A program made the translations under genes and the position numbers. Under the pieces are notes generated by a model that had not been told where the DNA came from, made no database searches, and saw only the letters and a list, made by a program, of their open reading frames with translations. Positions 29,391 to 39,936 of a stretch of DNA of 64,000 nt are shown here, piece after piece. How positions within the stretch are numbered: the first letter of the stretch is position 1; each line of letters starts with the position of its first letter. Source of the stretch: Synechococcus sp. (lineage in GTDB: Bacteria > Cyanobacteriota > Cyanobacteriia > PCC-6307 > Cyanobiaceae); assembly GCA_047285535.1 (NCBI GenBank), contig JBJBDC010000001.1, positions 1,728,136 through 1,792,135 on the forward strand, given 5' to 3'.

Positions 29391-31115
29391 GTGCTGCGAC
29401 TTGAGCGAGTCGGCAAGATTTATCCAACCGGTGAGGTTTTGAGGGATGTGACCTGGGAGGTCAAGGCAGGGGACCGCATCGGCCTTGTCGGCGTGAATGG
29501 AGCAGGAAAGTCAACCCAGCTCAGGCTCATTGCTGGCATGGAAGATGCCAGCAGCGGGCAAATCGTCAGACAAGGTGAGCCAAGAATCGCTTACCTGCAG
29601 CAGGAATTTGATGTTGATCCGAATCGCACCGTACGAGAAGAGCTGTTTCAGGCCTTTGGTGAGGCCGCCATTGTGCTTGGCCAGCAAAAACAAGTGGAAT
29701 TAGCCATGGGCTCTGAGCGCGCGGCTGCGGATCCGGCTCATCTTGATGCGCTCATCCAGGAACTAGGACAACTGCAGAACCGATTCGAAGGACTGCATGG
29801 CTACGAGCTCGATGCACGCATCGAGAAATTATTACCAACGATTGGTTTCAAACTGGAGGATGCCGAACGCCTGGTCTCGGACTATTCAGGCGGCTGGCAG
29901 ATGCGTCTTGCTCTAGGAAAAATCCTCCTGCAAGAGCCTGATCTACTGCTGTTGGACGAGCCCACGAACCATCTCGACGTTGAGACTATTCAATGGTTGG
30001 AGGGTTATCTCATCGAACAAAAGGCCGCACTGGTTGTGATCAGCCATGACCGCACTTTCCTGGATCGAGTCTGCAACCAGATTGTGAGCACAGAACGAGG
30101 CGTGTCCAAGGCCTACTTGGGAAATTACACCTCACATCTTGAGCAAAAAGCACTCGAGCAAGAAGCCTCACGAGCAGCATTCGACCGCCAACAAAAAGAG
30201 ATCGCAACCCAGCAGGCCTATATCGATCGATTCCGTGCCAGTGCCACGCGCAGCACCCAGGCCAAAAGCAGGGAGAAGCAGCTGGACAAAGTGGAACGAG
30301 TTGATGCACCAGTTGAGTCTGTCAGTGGACCCAGGTTTCGCTTCCCGCCGGCACCGAGATCGGGAGCCCAGGTCGCTGTTATCGACAACCTGACCCACAG
30401 CTACGGAGAGAACATTCTGTTCATGGACGCTGGGCTCGAAGTCCAAAGAGGTGATCGGATTGCTTTTGTCGGCCCGAACGGAGCCGGAAAATCAACCCTG
30501 CTCCGATTGATCATGGGAGCAGAAACTCCAGACGAAGGTTCCGCCAGGCTTGGCGAACACAACATCATCGCTAGCTATTTCGAACAAAACCAGGCAGAAG
30601 CCCTTGATCTCAATAAGACGGTGATTGAGACCATGTTTGAAGCAGTTCCTGATTGGACACAAACTCAAGTGCGCTCTCTGTTAGGAAATTTCTGCTTGAG
30701 CAACGACAGCGTCTTCAAGGATGTAGGCAAACTCAGCGGAGGGGAAAAAGCACGCCTTGCTCTTGCTCTCATGTTACTCACTCCCTGCAATTTGTTGGTA
30801 CTCGATGAACCCACAAACCATCTCGATATTCCTGCCAAACAGATGCTGGAAGATGCCCTTTGCGACTACGAAGGCGCAGCTCTGCTGGTCTCTCATGACC
30901 GTTACTTCATCTCACGCGTAGCCAACAGAATCGTTGAAATCAGAGATGGCGAACTCATCAATTATCAAGGTAATTATGCTTACTACCAAGACAAGAAAGC
31001 TGAAGAAAAAGCCGAAGCAGAAGCCAAGCGACTGATGGCCGAAAAGGAGGCCAAGCGCAAAGCAAACAACCTCAAGCAAAAACAGAGAGCTGCCCGAAAA
31101 AAGAATGCTGCGTAG
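29391..31115 (+). CDS. ABC-F family ATPase
   Basis: Two NBDs (GVNGAGKST, GPNGAGKST), SGGWQMR, SGGEKAR, LDEPTNHLD twice; no TM segments. Confidence 0.95.
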   Translation: MLRLERVGKIYPTGEVLRDVTWEVKAGDRIGLVGVNGAGKSTQLRLIAGMEDASSGQIVRQGEPRIAYLQQEFDVDPNRTVREELFQAFGEAAIVLGQQKQVELAMGSERAAADPAHLDALIQELGQLQNRFEGLHGYELDARIEKLLPTIGFKLEDAERLVSDYSGGWQMRLALGKILLQEPDLLLLDEPTNHLDVETIQWLEGYLIEQKAALVVISHDRTFLDRVCNQIVSTERGVSKAYLGNYTSHLEQKALEQEASRAAFDRQQKEIATQQAYIDRFRASATRSTQAKSREKQLDKVERVDAPVESVSGPRFRFPPAPRSGAQVAVIDNLTHSYGENILFMDAGLEVQRGDRIAFVGPNGAGKSTLLRLIMGAETPDEGSARLGEHNIIASYFEQNQAEALDLNKTVIETMFEAVPDWTQTQVRSLLGNFCLSNDSVFKDVGKLSGGEKARLALALMLLTPCNLLVLDEPTNHLDIPAKQMLEDALCDYEGAALLVSHDRYFISRVANRIVEIRDGELINYQGNYAYYQDKKAEEKAEAEAKRLMAEKEAKRKANNLKQKQRAARKKNAA

Positions 31116-31232
31116 CAGACCTTCTCCGCAGCAGCAAGACGAAACTTCACACTTGATTAGGCAGGAAAACTCATTTCCCTTTACCCCTAAAGACGGTGTG
31201 GATAAGCTGACAAAGTTGATCCCCGGCAGCCC

Positions 31233-31418
31233 TTGAAAAATACTCAAACGCTTCATACCTCCGTCACGAGTACTTCATCCAACAGCACTCTCAGCACTGA
31301 ACATGATCAGACCTGGGATGCAGTTGAAACCTATTTCGAATGCATTACAACTTGCTCACTCGACGATGGAGAATGCATCACACGTTGCGTAGAGCAACTT
31401 AAAGATACAGACGGCTAA
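31233..31418 (+). CDS. small four-Cys conserved hypothetical protein
   Basis: TWDAVETYFECITTCSLDDGECITRCVEQL; start uncertain. Confidence 0.75.
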   Translation: MKNTQTLHTSVTSTSSNSTLSTEHDQTWDAVETYFECITTCSLDDGECITRCVEQLKDTDG

Positions 31419-31436
31419 ATAACAATAATAGAGGCC

Positions 31437-32558
31437 TTAATTGCGTAGAGACATCATCTCAACGGGCGTAATTGAGCGCCCAATACGTTTGCCAGCTCGA
31501 ATGACATCGAGAGTCAAAGGGCGACCAACTCCATGACGATCAATGGCAGAGACAACTTCTGCCGGATTCCGAACTGGTTGCCCACCAATTGAGACGATCA
31601 CATCATCAACTCGCAAGTCTCCGCGATCCGCAGGACCACCTTCAACGACAGATCGAATCACGGCTCCAGGAGGGGCATCAGATCCTGGCCTTGGAGCTGG
31701 CACTGTGGAGAGCCCGACTCCAACCATTGGGTGACTTGCCCTCCCCTGACTGACAAGTTGGCTAGCGATTGATCGCGCCCTATTGATTGGGATCGCAAAA
31801 CCGAGGCCAGCGCCGGGACCTGATCGAACAAGCGTATTAATGCCAATCACATCGCCATTGGCATTTAACAAAGGTCCACCTGAATTACCAGGATTAATGG
31901 CTGCGTCTGTCTGAATCAGGTCGAGACGCTTTCCCGAAATTCCTAGTTGAGACACATTGCGATTGAGATTGCTAACAATCCCCAGGGTCACCGTGTTTTC
32001 AAGCCCAAAGGGATTGCCAACAGCAATGGCCCAATCCCCCACCTGGAGACGATCTGAATTTCCCAAAGGGGCAGTGGGCCATGGCCCACTGGTCTCCAAC
32101 TGCACGACAGCCAAGTCGGTAACCGAATCCTGTCCAATCACGCGACCAGCAACCCGTCGACCATCAGGTAGTCCCACCATCACTCGATCCGTGTTCTCCA
32201 CCACATGAGCATTGGTGAGAACAAAACCTTTCTGATCGAAAATCACACCACTACCCATGCCGCGTTCTTGACGCGGGCGCGGAGCCGTCTGACCTTGCAT
32301 CCCAAAAAACCGGCGAAAGAATGGGTCCGCCATCAATCCCTGAGGGAGGCCGGGCATCGCAACTGAACGAACATTGCGAACCGTTTCGAGCGTGACAACG
32401 GCTGGGCCACTTCGTGCGACTGCTTGAGCAACGAATGACTTTGGGGCTAAGACCTGCGAGCCCGTTGCGGCGAAGACTGGAGGTGGTTGAACCACCAGTC
32501 CTGGCAGCAGCAACGCACCACTGAAAACCATCGAAAGCAGAGGGTTGGACACCGCCAT
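31437..32558 (-). CDS. HtrA/DegP-family serine protease with PDZ domain
   Basis: [32 protein letters not shown]-terminal PDZ. Confidence 0.96.
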   Translation of the reverse strand: MAVSNPLLSMVFSGALLLPGLVVQPPPVFAATGSQVLAPKSFVAQAVARSGPAVVTLETVRNVRSVAMPGLPQGLMADPFFRRFFGMQGQTAPRPRQERGMGSGVIFDQKGFVLTNAHVVENTDRVMVGLPDGRRVAGRVIGQDSVTDLAVVQLETSGPWPTAPLGNSDRLQVGDWAIAVGNPFGLENTVTLGIVSNLNRNVSQLGISGKRLDLIQTDAAINPGNSGGPLLNANGDVIGINTLVRSGPGAGLGFAIPINRARSIASQLVSQGRASHPMVGVGLSTVPAPRPGSDAPPGAVIRSVVEGGPADRGDLRVDDVIVSIGGQPVRNPAEVVSAIDRHGVGRPLTLDVIRAGKRIGRSITPVEMMSLRN

Positions 32559-32742
32559 AGCCGCGATTTCGTCAACGTTCGAACATGGTGACCGTAGGCA
32601 GTTGAGCCTTATGAAACAGCACAACTTTCCACGATTTCATGACCAGATGCGACCAGAGCTCGCCCTTGCAAACCCTTTTTCCCAAAAAGAGTGATGATGG
32701 GGAGAAGCGTTTGTCCCATTTACGAGTTCTGCGGAAATCACC

Positions 32743-33000
32743 ATGCTCAGCAGCTTGTTTCCTCTTGTATATGGACTGATCTTCATCGCCCTGCTTTGGC
32801 AAGCCTTTCGTGTCATGGGACGAGGCTTCAGCGCTGCAGGACAACCACTCAGCAAACATGAAAACGATCGTACCGGTCGTCAAACGATCCATCCGGAGCT
32901 TCTGGATGGCGACGGACGCCTCACCGAAGAGGATCTTTTAACGGTCCGTTTCAGCAGTGATGGTGAGCTTCCAAATCCACCCTCGAAGCCCAGTGAATAA
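32743..33000 (+). CDS. DUF2973 family protein
   Basis: N-terminal TM, then HPELLDGDGRLTEEDLLTVRF. Confidence 0.85.
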   Translation: MLSSLFPLVYGLIFIALLWQAFRVMGRGFSAAGQPLSKHENDRTGRQTIHPELLDGDGRLTEEDLLTVRFSSDGELPNPPSKPSE

Positions 33001-33058
33001 GGTTGGGTCATTGGCAACTGCTTGAGTTGTCCGATTGACTCATAGGGGGGACTCTTAG

Positions 33059-33442
33059 TTGGACCAACGAACACGGATTGTGGCTGCGGTAATCAAATCC
33101 GTGAAACTGCCGCCCCGCTTTCGCTTAAGACTTTTGAAAGAAGATCCTGTCCGGCTTGAACTCAGCCTGACACCGGCCTATGGCAAAGATCCCATTCAGG
33201 TTGGCCTGGTGGAATCGTTGGACCTGGTGGCGCGTCGTGATCGAGAAGGCCGCATCCCACGAGACCTTCAAGGAACCTGGGACTGGACAGTACGCCACGG
33301 TGATGTCAGCACTGGCGGATGGAACCCCTACCTCAAGGAAGCTCTGCAAACCATGTTCGAAACAGGGCTTCCTGCCATCGTTTATGAAGAGCTCACGGGA
33401 GATGAGTACCACCCGGTAGACGGAGCACGTCACATTCGCTGA
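33059..33442 (+). CDS. conserved cyanobacterial hypothetical protein
   Basis: VSTGGWNPYLKEALQTMFETGLPAIVYEELTG..YHPVDG; TTG start. Confidence 0.85.
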   Translation: MDQRTRIVAAVIKSVKLPPRFRLRLLKEDPVRLELSLTPAYGKDPIQVGLVESLDLVARRDREGRIPRDLQGTWDWTVRHGDVSTGGWNPYLKEALQTMFETGLPAIVYEELTGDEYHPVDGARHIR

Positions 33443-33541
33443 CGCCTTGCCTCAACAAGTTGTGAAGCACTGCGAACAGGACGTGAAAATTTTGGATGAG
33501 CTCGACTACAACGAATTCAGCCCGGCCTTAAGTTTTTCTTC

Positions 33542-33646
33542 ATGGCCTCTTCTTCTATTCGTTTTGGTCCCCTGGTTCGCCTCTTGGCAGCCTTCGGAGC
33601 TCTCAGCAGCATTTTGCTGGTTGGGATGATCAATTTTTTCAGCTGA
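33542..33646 (+). CDS. 34-aa single-TM microprotein (not in ORF track)
   Basis: MASSSIRFGPLVRLLAAFGALSSILLVGMINFFS*, ending 13 nt before hrpB. Confidence 0.55.
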   Translation: MASSSIRFGPLVRLLAAFGALSSILLVGMINFFS

Positions 33647-33659
33647 AGGTCAAGAGGCA

Positions 33660-36245
33660 TTGGGTTGGTTCCCGATTGATCCCTTGCTTCCAAGGCTTCG
33701 AGCCTGCCTCGTTCCAGGGGCAACAGTTTTACTTCAATCCCCTCCTGGCGCTGGCAAAACAACAAGAGTGCCCTTGGCATTCCTTGGAGAAATTGCAGAG
33801 ATAGAGCCCCTACCAGGCCGCACTCTCATGCTGGAGCCCCGGCGACTCGCCGCGAGAGCAGCAGCACACAGGATTGCGAGCAGCCTGAATGAACCGGTTG
33901 GGGAGCGTGTGGGCTATTCCGTTCGATACGAGCAAAATCGCTCCTCACGCACCCGTCTGGAAGCGATGACGGATGGATTATTTCTCCGTCGACTTCACAG
34001 CGATCCAGAACTCAAAGGAATCAGCTGTGTAGTTTTTGATGAATTCCATGAGCGCAGTCGAAATAGTGAATTAGCGCTTGCCCTCGTTCGGGAAGTACAG
34101 GAGGTTTTAAGACCCGATCTTTGTCTGTTGCTGATGTCAGCAACATTGGATCTCAACAAGCTGCAAGTCCAATTGCCCCATGCGCAGGTTCTTACCAGCG
34201 AGGGGAAAGCCTTCCCTGTCGAGACAGCACACCTCTCTCCAAGACCGAATGAACCGATAGAAATCCTTGTTTTACGAGCCATTGAACGGGAAATAACCAC
34301 CCTGATCAGCACAAGTGACAGCAAAGAAGATCCCTTCACCGTGTTGGTTTTCCTTCCTGGCGTGCGAGAGATCGATCGTTGCAGAAGACATTTACTGAAT
34401 TCAGCCCTACTGAGCGAATGGGACGTCATCGGACTGCACGGCAAGCAATCACTCGCTGAGCAAGGGCGTGCACTGAAGCCTTGCCATCCCGATCGGGATG
34501 GAAGGGTCGTTCTGGCGACTTCTATCGCCGAAAGTTCACTCACTCTCGAAGGCGTTCGCCTCGTCATCGATTGCGGGCTCACTCGGCACACCCACTACGA
34601 CCCTGGAACCGGAATGGAGGGACTGATCACCGTGCCAGCAAGTCAGGCCAGTGCTGATCAGCGACGAGGGCGTGCAGGACGACAAACCGCCGGACGTTGC
34701 ATCAGGCTCTGGTCACCTGCGGAACAACTACGACGCCCAGCCCATGACATCCCCGAGTTGCAGCGAGCTGACCCTCAACCCACAGTTCTCAATCTCGCAC
34801 TTTGGGGTGCCGGTTTAGGGGAAACATTGCCATGGCTCGAACCACCTCCAAAGGCAGCACTCCAGACAGGCCTTAGGCAATTGATTGAAATCGGAGCCCT
34901 CAATCCACAAGGCCAGCCAACGCATCTAGGACATCAATTAGCTCAATTTGGAGCCCATCCACGCTTGGGGTTGCTTCTTCTAAAAGCTCGTGTTTTGGGG
35001 CGATCGCAATTAGGGGCAGATCTTGCCGCCATTTTGAATGAACGCGATCTACTCAGCCACCACAACCACGGATGTGACCTGTGGGCTCGCATGCTCTTAC
35101 TTCGTGACAGCCGGAACTCTGCACCGTTCCAAAGCGATCATGCCGCAGCTGATCGCCTTAAAACGGTGCTCCAACAGAGCCGTCGATGGTGCCAACAACT
35201 GGGTCAATTCGATCTTGGAGATGAAACCGAAGAGAACGAGAATGAAACGTCAGACGAACTGATAGCCGCGCAACTGATTGCGGCGGCCTTTCCGGAATGG
35301 CTGGCCATGGCTCGACCAGAACAGCACGGACATTTTTTGCTTCGTCAAGGCCGTGGTGCGGTTTTGCACAGTCGCGATCCCTTGGTAGGGGCAGAAGCCC
35401 TTGCTGTAGCCCAGCTTGATCTCGGTGACACAAGAGCCAAGATCCGACTAGCGCTTCCTCTCCCGTTGCAATGGGTCAGAGACCTTGCAGATCAGAACGG
35501 TCACTGGGAAGAGCGTGTGTTTTGGGACGAACAAAGCAAACGGATCCGGGCCGAACGCGTTCTGCAACTTGGTGCCTTGGAACTCGAGCGATTCCCCCAG
35601 CAACAGGCTTCTTCCGAACAAATTCGGGATGTCTTAGTCCAGCAATTGAGCAAGAAAGGTCTGTCAGCACTTCCTTGGGGCAAACGCTCAGAGCAACTTC
35701 GCTGTCGCCTGGCTTTGGCCCATCACTATCTGCGGGCGCCTTGGCCATCACGAACCTGGCAACACCTCGAACAGCAACCAGCCGCCTGGATTGGCGATTC
35801 TCTTTTGGGCTGCAAAGGTTGGCAAGACCTCAATGAAGACATGCTTGTGGAAGCACTTTGGGGGGATCTCGATTGGTCACACAGGCAGCGACTCGATGAG
35901 CTCCTGCCACCAAAAATTCTGATCCCCTCAGGCCGACATGCAGTGTTGGACTATCAAGATGATGACGTTGTGCTGTCAGTCAAGCTGCAGGAAATGTTTG
36001 GCTGCCTTCAAGGGCCTACCGTCCTGAATGGCGAACTCTGCATCACTCTGGAATTGCTCTCCCCCGCAGGTCGCCCCCTGCAACGGACCCGAGACCTAGG
36101 AGGGTTCTGGCAAGGCAGCTATCAACAGGTCAGAAAAGAGATGCGTGGGCGCTATCCGAAGCACCCATGGCCTGAGAATCCAGCAAAGGCTGAACCCACC
36201 ACCAGAACAAAGGCCGGGAAGCCAACCATTTGGGGGCACCAATAG
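33660..36245 (+). CDS. hrpB: ATP-dependent helicase HrpB
   Basis: PPGAGKTT, EPRRLAAR, DEFHER, MSAT, QRRGRAGR, LLSPAGRPLQ.T.DL..FW.GSY, GRYPKHPWP. Confidence 0.96.
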   Translation: MGWFPIDPLLPRLRACLVPGATVLLQSPPGAGKTTRVPLAFLGEIAEIEPLPGRTLMLEPRRLAARAAAHRIASSLNEPVGERVGYSVRYEQNRSSRTRLEAMTDGLFLRRLHSDPELKGISCVVFDEFHERSRNSELALALVREVQEVLRPDLCLLLMSATLDLNKLQVQLPHAQVLTSEGKAFPVETAHLSPRPNEPIEILVLRAIEREITTLISTSDSKEDPFTVLVFLPGVREIDRCRRHLLNSALLSEWDVIGLHGKQSLAEQGRALKPCHPDRDGRVVLATSIAESSLTLEGVRLVIDCGLTRHTHYDPGTGMEGLITVPASQASADQRRGRAGRQTAGRCIRLWSPAEQLRRPAHDIPELQRADPQPTVLNLALWGAGLGETLPWLEPPPKAALQTGLRQLIEIGALNPQGQPTHLGHQLAQFGAHPRLGLLLLKARVLGRSQLGADLAAILNERDLLSHHNHGCDLWARMLLLRDSRNSAPFQSDHAAADRLKTVLQQSRRWCQQLGQFDLGDETEENENETSDELIAAQLIAAAFPEWLAMARPEQHGHFLLRQGRGAVLHSRDPLVGAEALAVAQLDLGDTRAKIRLALPLPLQWVRDLADQNGHWEERVFWDEQSKRIRAERVLQLGALELERFPQQQASSEQIRDVLVQQLSKKGLSALPWGKRSEQLRCRLALAHHYLRAPWPSRTWQHLEQQPAAWIGDSLLGCKGWQDLNEDMLVEALWGDLDWSHRQRLDELLPPKILIPSGRHAVLDYQDDDVVLSVKLQEMFGCLQGPTVLNGELCITLELLSPAGRPLQRTRDLGGFWQGSYQQVRKEMRGRYPKHPWPENPAKAEPTTRTKAGKPTIWGHQ

Positions 36246-36312
36246 ACGTATCCAAAAAGACAGACGCAAGCACGAATCGCTTTGTTAAGATATGTGTGTC
36301 TTGGAGATTCAC

Positions 36313-36456
36313 ATGTCTGACAACGCACCCCGATTCGGTTTCGTCAACTTTGCAGAGACCTGGAATGGTCGTCTTGCAATGCTCGGCTTCATCATTGGCC
36401 TGGGCACTGAGCTGTTGACAGGCCAAGGCATCCTGACCCAGGTAGGCCTCGGTTGA
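36313..36456 (+). CDS. hli: high-light inducible protein (47 aa; not in ORF track)
   Basis: MSDNAPRFGFVNFAETWNGRLAMLGFIIGLGTELLTGQGILTQVGLG*; ExxNGRxAM chlorophyll-binding motif; GGAG RBS. Confidence 0.95.
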   Translation: MSDNAPRFGFVNFAETWNGRLAMLGFIIGLGTELLTGQGILTQVGLG

Positions 36457-36485
36457 TTGAGTAAACGTTGAGTTTTTCTCTCAAC

Positions 36486-36522
36486 AAAAAGATCCACCAT
36501 CCATCTGGTGGATCTTTTTTTT
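36486..36522 (+). terminator. intrinsic terminator after hli (bidirectional shape)
   Basis: AAAAAGATCCACCA-tccatc-TGGTGGATCTTTTTTTT. Confidence 0.9.
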
Positions 36523-36571
36523 AGTTGGTATCGCTCATTGCGCCACACTGTATAGATTCGCGTTAGTAGCA

Positions 36572-36748
36572 ATGCTTCCCTTCTTTGCTAAAAATCGACG
36601 CGATGGAGCCCGGCTACTAAGCAGCATGCTCGTCTTCCTAGCCATCGGGATGACACAGATTCACCAACTATGGGGTCAAATCCTGGCCATCATCTCAGGT
36701 TTAGTAAGTATTTACTGGGGATTGGCATACCGACGTCTTGAGCGCTGA
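36572..36748 (+). CDS. 58-aa two-TM membrane protein (not in ORF track)
   Basis: MLPFFAKNRRDGARLLSSMLVFLAIGMTQIHQLWGQILAIISGLVSIYWGLAYRRLER*; overlaps the xseA start. Confidence 0.75.
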   Translation: MLPFFAKNRRDGARLLSSMLVFLAIGMTQIHQLWGQILAIISGLVSIYWGLAYRRLER

Positions 36749-37910
36749 ATCTTTTCCGACTTACTCGGTCCGTGAACTCAACAACGCCATAGGGGTTTTG
36801 CTGGAGAGAGGTTTTGCACCTCGGTTTCTGGTGCAAGCAACAGCATCTAGACCACAGGTCAAGAAAGGCCATCTTTGGCTCACCTTGAGCGATGGAGAGG
36901 CAAGCATCACAGCTGTTGCCTGGGCCTCAAAATTAAAACAATTGGACTTTGTTCCTGCTGACGGGGACGGAGTCACAGTCATTGGCAAGCTCAATTTCTG
37001 GGAAGCAAGAGCCAGCCTTGCAGTCCAAGTTTTGGATCTAAGGCCAAGCCTTTCCACAGTATTAAGGCGATTCGAAACGGTAAAGGCTCAACTACTTGGG
37101 GAAGGCCTGATCGATTCCAGCAGACGACGCAAGCTGCCGTCATACCCAAAACGCATCGCAGTGTTAACCAGCATTCCAAGTTCTGCACTTGCCGACATGC
37201 TGCGAACAGCAAAAGAACGCTGGCCATTGAGCACTCTTCTCATCGTGCCAATTCCAGTACAGGGAGATGTGGCTCCCATCATCTGCAACGTTCTCAGCCG
37301 CCTCGCCGAAGATCATCAGCAACTCGATCTTGACGCGATTGCGATCGCCAGAGGAGGAGGAAGTCGAGAAGATTTAATGGTCTTCGACGATGCAGATGTG
37401 TGCCGAAAGCTGGCCACATTGCCCATTCCCGTCGTGACAGGAATAGGCCATGAAGACGACCTTACAGTTGCTGATCTCGTGGCAGACCATCGTGCCGCAA
37501 CCCCAACAGCAGCCATGGTCACATTGCTACCGAATCGAGAATCAGCACAACAAATCATCAGTCAAAGACGCACCCGTCTGGCCGAATACAAACGATGGCG
37601 CTTAGAAAAAACACGATCACAACTCCAAGAACGAGAACAGCTCTTGCATGACTTACGGCCAGATATGACCTTGACTCGCCGACGGGATCAGTGGAAACAA
37701 CGTGAGCAGCTCTTGCAAGCTCTCTCTCCAGAACGTTGGCTCAACAGGGGCTTTGCCATGATCAGCTCAATCAACGGACAAACTCTTCAAAGCGTGCGGG
37801 AGATCACACTGAATGATGATGTACACATCCGCCTAAAGGATGGAGTCATCCATGCCGTCACAAAACACATCAAACCAAACGAAACAACCAATCCACAAGC
37901 TTTCCACTAA
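36738..37910 (+). CDS. xseA: exodeoxyribonuclease VII large subunit
   Basis: SVRELN, ARGGGSREDL, VVTGIGHE.D....D.VAD.RA.TPTAA. Confidence 0.95.
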   Translation: MSAESFPTYSVRELNNAIGVLLERGFAPRFLVQATASRPQVKKGHLWLTLSDGEASITAVAWASKLKQLDFVPADGDGVTVIGKLNFWEARASLAVQVLDLRPSLSTVLRRFETVKAQLLGEGLIDSSRRRKLPSYPKRIAVLTSIPSSALADMLRTAKERWPLSTLLIVPIPVQGDVAPIICNVLSRLAEDHQQLDLDAIAIARGGGSREDLMVFDDADVCRKLATLPIPVVTGIGHEDDLTVADLVADHRAATPTAAMVTLLPNRESAQQIISQRRTRLAEYKRWRLEKTRSQLQEREQLLHDLRPDMTLTRRRDQWKQREQLLQALSPERWLNRGFAMISSINGQTLQSVREITLNDDVHIRLKDGVIHAVTKHIKPNETTNPQAFH

Positions 37911-37915
37911 CTGAC

Positions 37916-38194
37916 ATGCCACGCAAAAAGCCTGAGACCGCCACGAACTCTGAACAAGAGAACTGGAAAAATGACGCATCCAAGCTCAGTTACGAAGAAG
38001 CTCTACAAGCTCTTGATGTGCTTCTTGGACAGCTTCAAGAGGATTCAACACCCTTGGCAGATCTTCAACGTAGCCATATACGGGCATCAATTTATCTAGA
38101 CAGATGCAACTTCCTTCTCAGTCAAGCTGAGCAATCTGTCATGCAGCTTGATCCAGACACCATGAAAGAAAGAGTCTATGATGGAAACAAATAG
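37916..38194 (+). CDS. xseB: exodeoxyribonuclease VII small subunit
   Basis: LSYEEALQALD..L.QL....L...C..LL.QAEQ; follows xseA. Confidence 0.9.
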   Translation: MPRKKPETATNSEQENWKNDASKLSYEEALQALDVLLGQLQEDSTPLADLQRSHIRASIYLDRCNFLLSQAEQSVMQLDPDTMKERVYDGNK

Positions 38195-38579
38195 GAATCA
38201 ATCACGTCAGTGGCTTTACCTCTTATTGGCTGTACTTGGAGGCATTCTTCCCTGGCAAGCCAATCTGGAGTTCATACAAGCCAATCACAATGTTGGATTC
38301 AACATCATGACTTTCATTCATGATGCCAATATCAATGCAGCATCACGATCTCTCAGCAGGGATCTTTTGATTGCAGCTTCGGCATTCAGCATTTGGATGA
38401 TCTCAGAAGGGAAAAGACTTGAAATCAAAGGTTGGTGGATAACCTTAATCCTGAGCATCAGTATTTCATTTGCTTGCGGAGGTCCACTCTTTCTATTCTT
38501 ACGAGAGCGTAAATTAATTGCACTAAGTCAACAACAAGAGGCAGAAAAACCGCTCAAGGATCAACATCCTCTGCCTTAA
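38178..38579 (+). CDS. DUF2834 family membrane protein
   Basis: YLLLA..G..LPW.AN..F, NAASRS...DL, ISFACG.PLFLFLRE. Confidence 0.85.
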   Translation: MMETNRNQSRQWLYLLLAVLGGILPWQANLEFIQANHNVGFNIMTFIHDANINAASRSLSRDLLIAASAFSIWMISEGKRLEIKGWWITLILSISISFACGGPLFLFLRERKLIALSQQQEAEKPLKDQHPLP

Positions 38580-38904
38580 CGTCAATCGTGACATCACTGG
38601 CACGCAAAGAATCGTCGACAGCCTGAGCCGAATTGTTACCGCTGTGCTTTGGAGGCAACGGAGATCCACACATAGGGCAAGTGTCATCAGCACTCATTGT
38701 GCTGGTGCCGCAAGCATCACAAGTTCTCACTCGGCTCTGTAAGACCTTCCAACCGATCCAGCCCACCCCTCCAAGAATGAAGGGGAGGAACAGAAGGGTC
38801 AAGAGAAGACCACCAGCCAAATCCAACAAGACACGGCCTACAGCTGTTGGCAAAAGCAACAGCCCGAGGAGAACCAACCAAAGGAGCGGAGGAATGCGTC
38901 CCAT
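38554..38904 (-). CDS. membrane protein with zinc-ribbon-like CxxC...CxxC
   Basis: Two TM segments, CDACG and CPMCG, C-terminal VTIDV. Confidence 0.8.
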   Translation of the reverse strand: MGRIPPLLWLVLLGLLLLPTAVGRVLLDLAGGLLLTLLFLPFILGGVGWIGWKVLQSRVRTCDACGTSTMSADDTCPMCGSPLPPKHSGNNSAQAVDDSLRASDVTIDVKAEDVDP

Positions 38905-38955
38905 CAATGAACAGTCCAACCGAACAGCGATCTCATAATCGCCAATTTTCTGCAA

Positions 38956-39888
38956 TTAGTCACGATGAGAGACATTTGGATGATTACTATTTCTTGCATA
39001 AGACTTAGCCAACTCAACACTCCAACATTGACCGAAATAAATCACAACACCCACCATCCAGACCCATAAGGTCAGGACAAGAACACTTCCGATCACTCCA
39101 TAGGCCTGAAAACGAGCTCCCAAAGAAAGAATGCTACGACTAACCGCAAGATTAAGGATGGTCAGGAGAAAACCAATCAATAACGAACCTGGTATTAACG
39201 GCATAAAAGGAACTCTACGGCTCGGAAGAAGCGACTGAAGGAATAAAGCCATGCCCGAAAAACCAAGGAATGGAACCATCAAGGTTCCAAATTGCAAGAC
39301 AGGGATATGAGACAAAAGGCCGCCAAGCCACGGACTAGATGCAGACAACTCACTCAATACAGCGGTGGGGATCATGCGAATATTGGCACTAAGTTGATCA
39401 AGGACAACCAACAACCCTATTAATATCACAACAAAAAAAGCCTCTAACCGGATACGAATAAACTGTGCAGCTTGAAGACGAAAAGTAAGGTCGCAGCGTT
39501 GTGGAGCAATCACATCCTCCCAAAGCCTTTCCGAGCCACGCTGCAATGTTAGATAAACATTGCCGGCAGTGACCAACAAAACGCCAATACCTAGAAGCCC
39601 AGCTCCAAACCTCTGCTGAACCAACTGGATCAATGTTTTTTGTACAATCAACACAGCAGATGGAGGTAAGACACCACTTGCAAAAGCAATGATTTGACGC
39701 TCTAAATCATCCTGACGTCCAAGAAACCACGAGGCAACCGACAAGGAAATCAACAGAATTGGGAAAATCGACTGCAGGGTGTAGTAAGCAAAGGCAGCAC
39801 TCAGATCGACACAATCACACCTCGACCAACGAAGATAAGCACACCAGAGAGATCGAACTAGCCGCCGAAGCGCCAGTTTTTTAGCCAT
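38956..39888 (-). CDS. YihY/virulence factor BrkB family membrane protein
   Basis: SAAFAYYTLQSIFP, YGVIGSVLVLTLWVW...YFG. Confidence 0.9.
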   Translation of the reverse strand: MAKKLALRRLVRSLWCAYLRWSRCDCVDLSAAFAYYTLQSIFPILLISLSVASWFLGRQDDLERQIIAFASGVLPPSAVLIVQKTLIQLVQQRFGAGLLGIGVLLVTAGNVYLTLQRGSERLWEDVIAPQRCDLTFRLQAAQFIRIRLEAFFVVILIGLLVVLDQLSANIRMIPTAVLSELSASSPWLGGLLSHIPVLQFGTLMVPFLGFSGMALFLQSLLPSRRVPFMPLIPGSLLIGFLLTILNLAVSRSILSLGARFQAYGVIGSVLVLTLWVWMVGVVIYFGQCWSVELAKSYARNSNHPNVSHRD

Positions 39889-39936
39889 GGATTCTGATGG
39901 GCCTATAGAGACATAAACTACCGTGCAGCAGGGCAC

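Noticed and set aside
36280..36300. Possible RpaB/HLR1 site upstream of hli
   Set aside because: Only a loose match to the TTACA direct repeat; plausible but not supportable from sequence alone.
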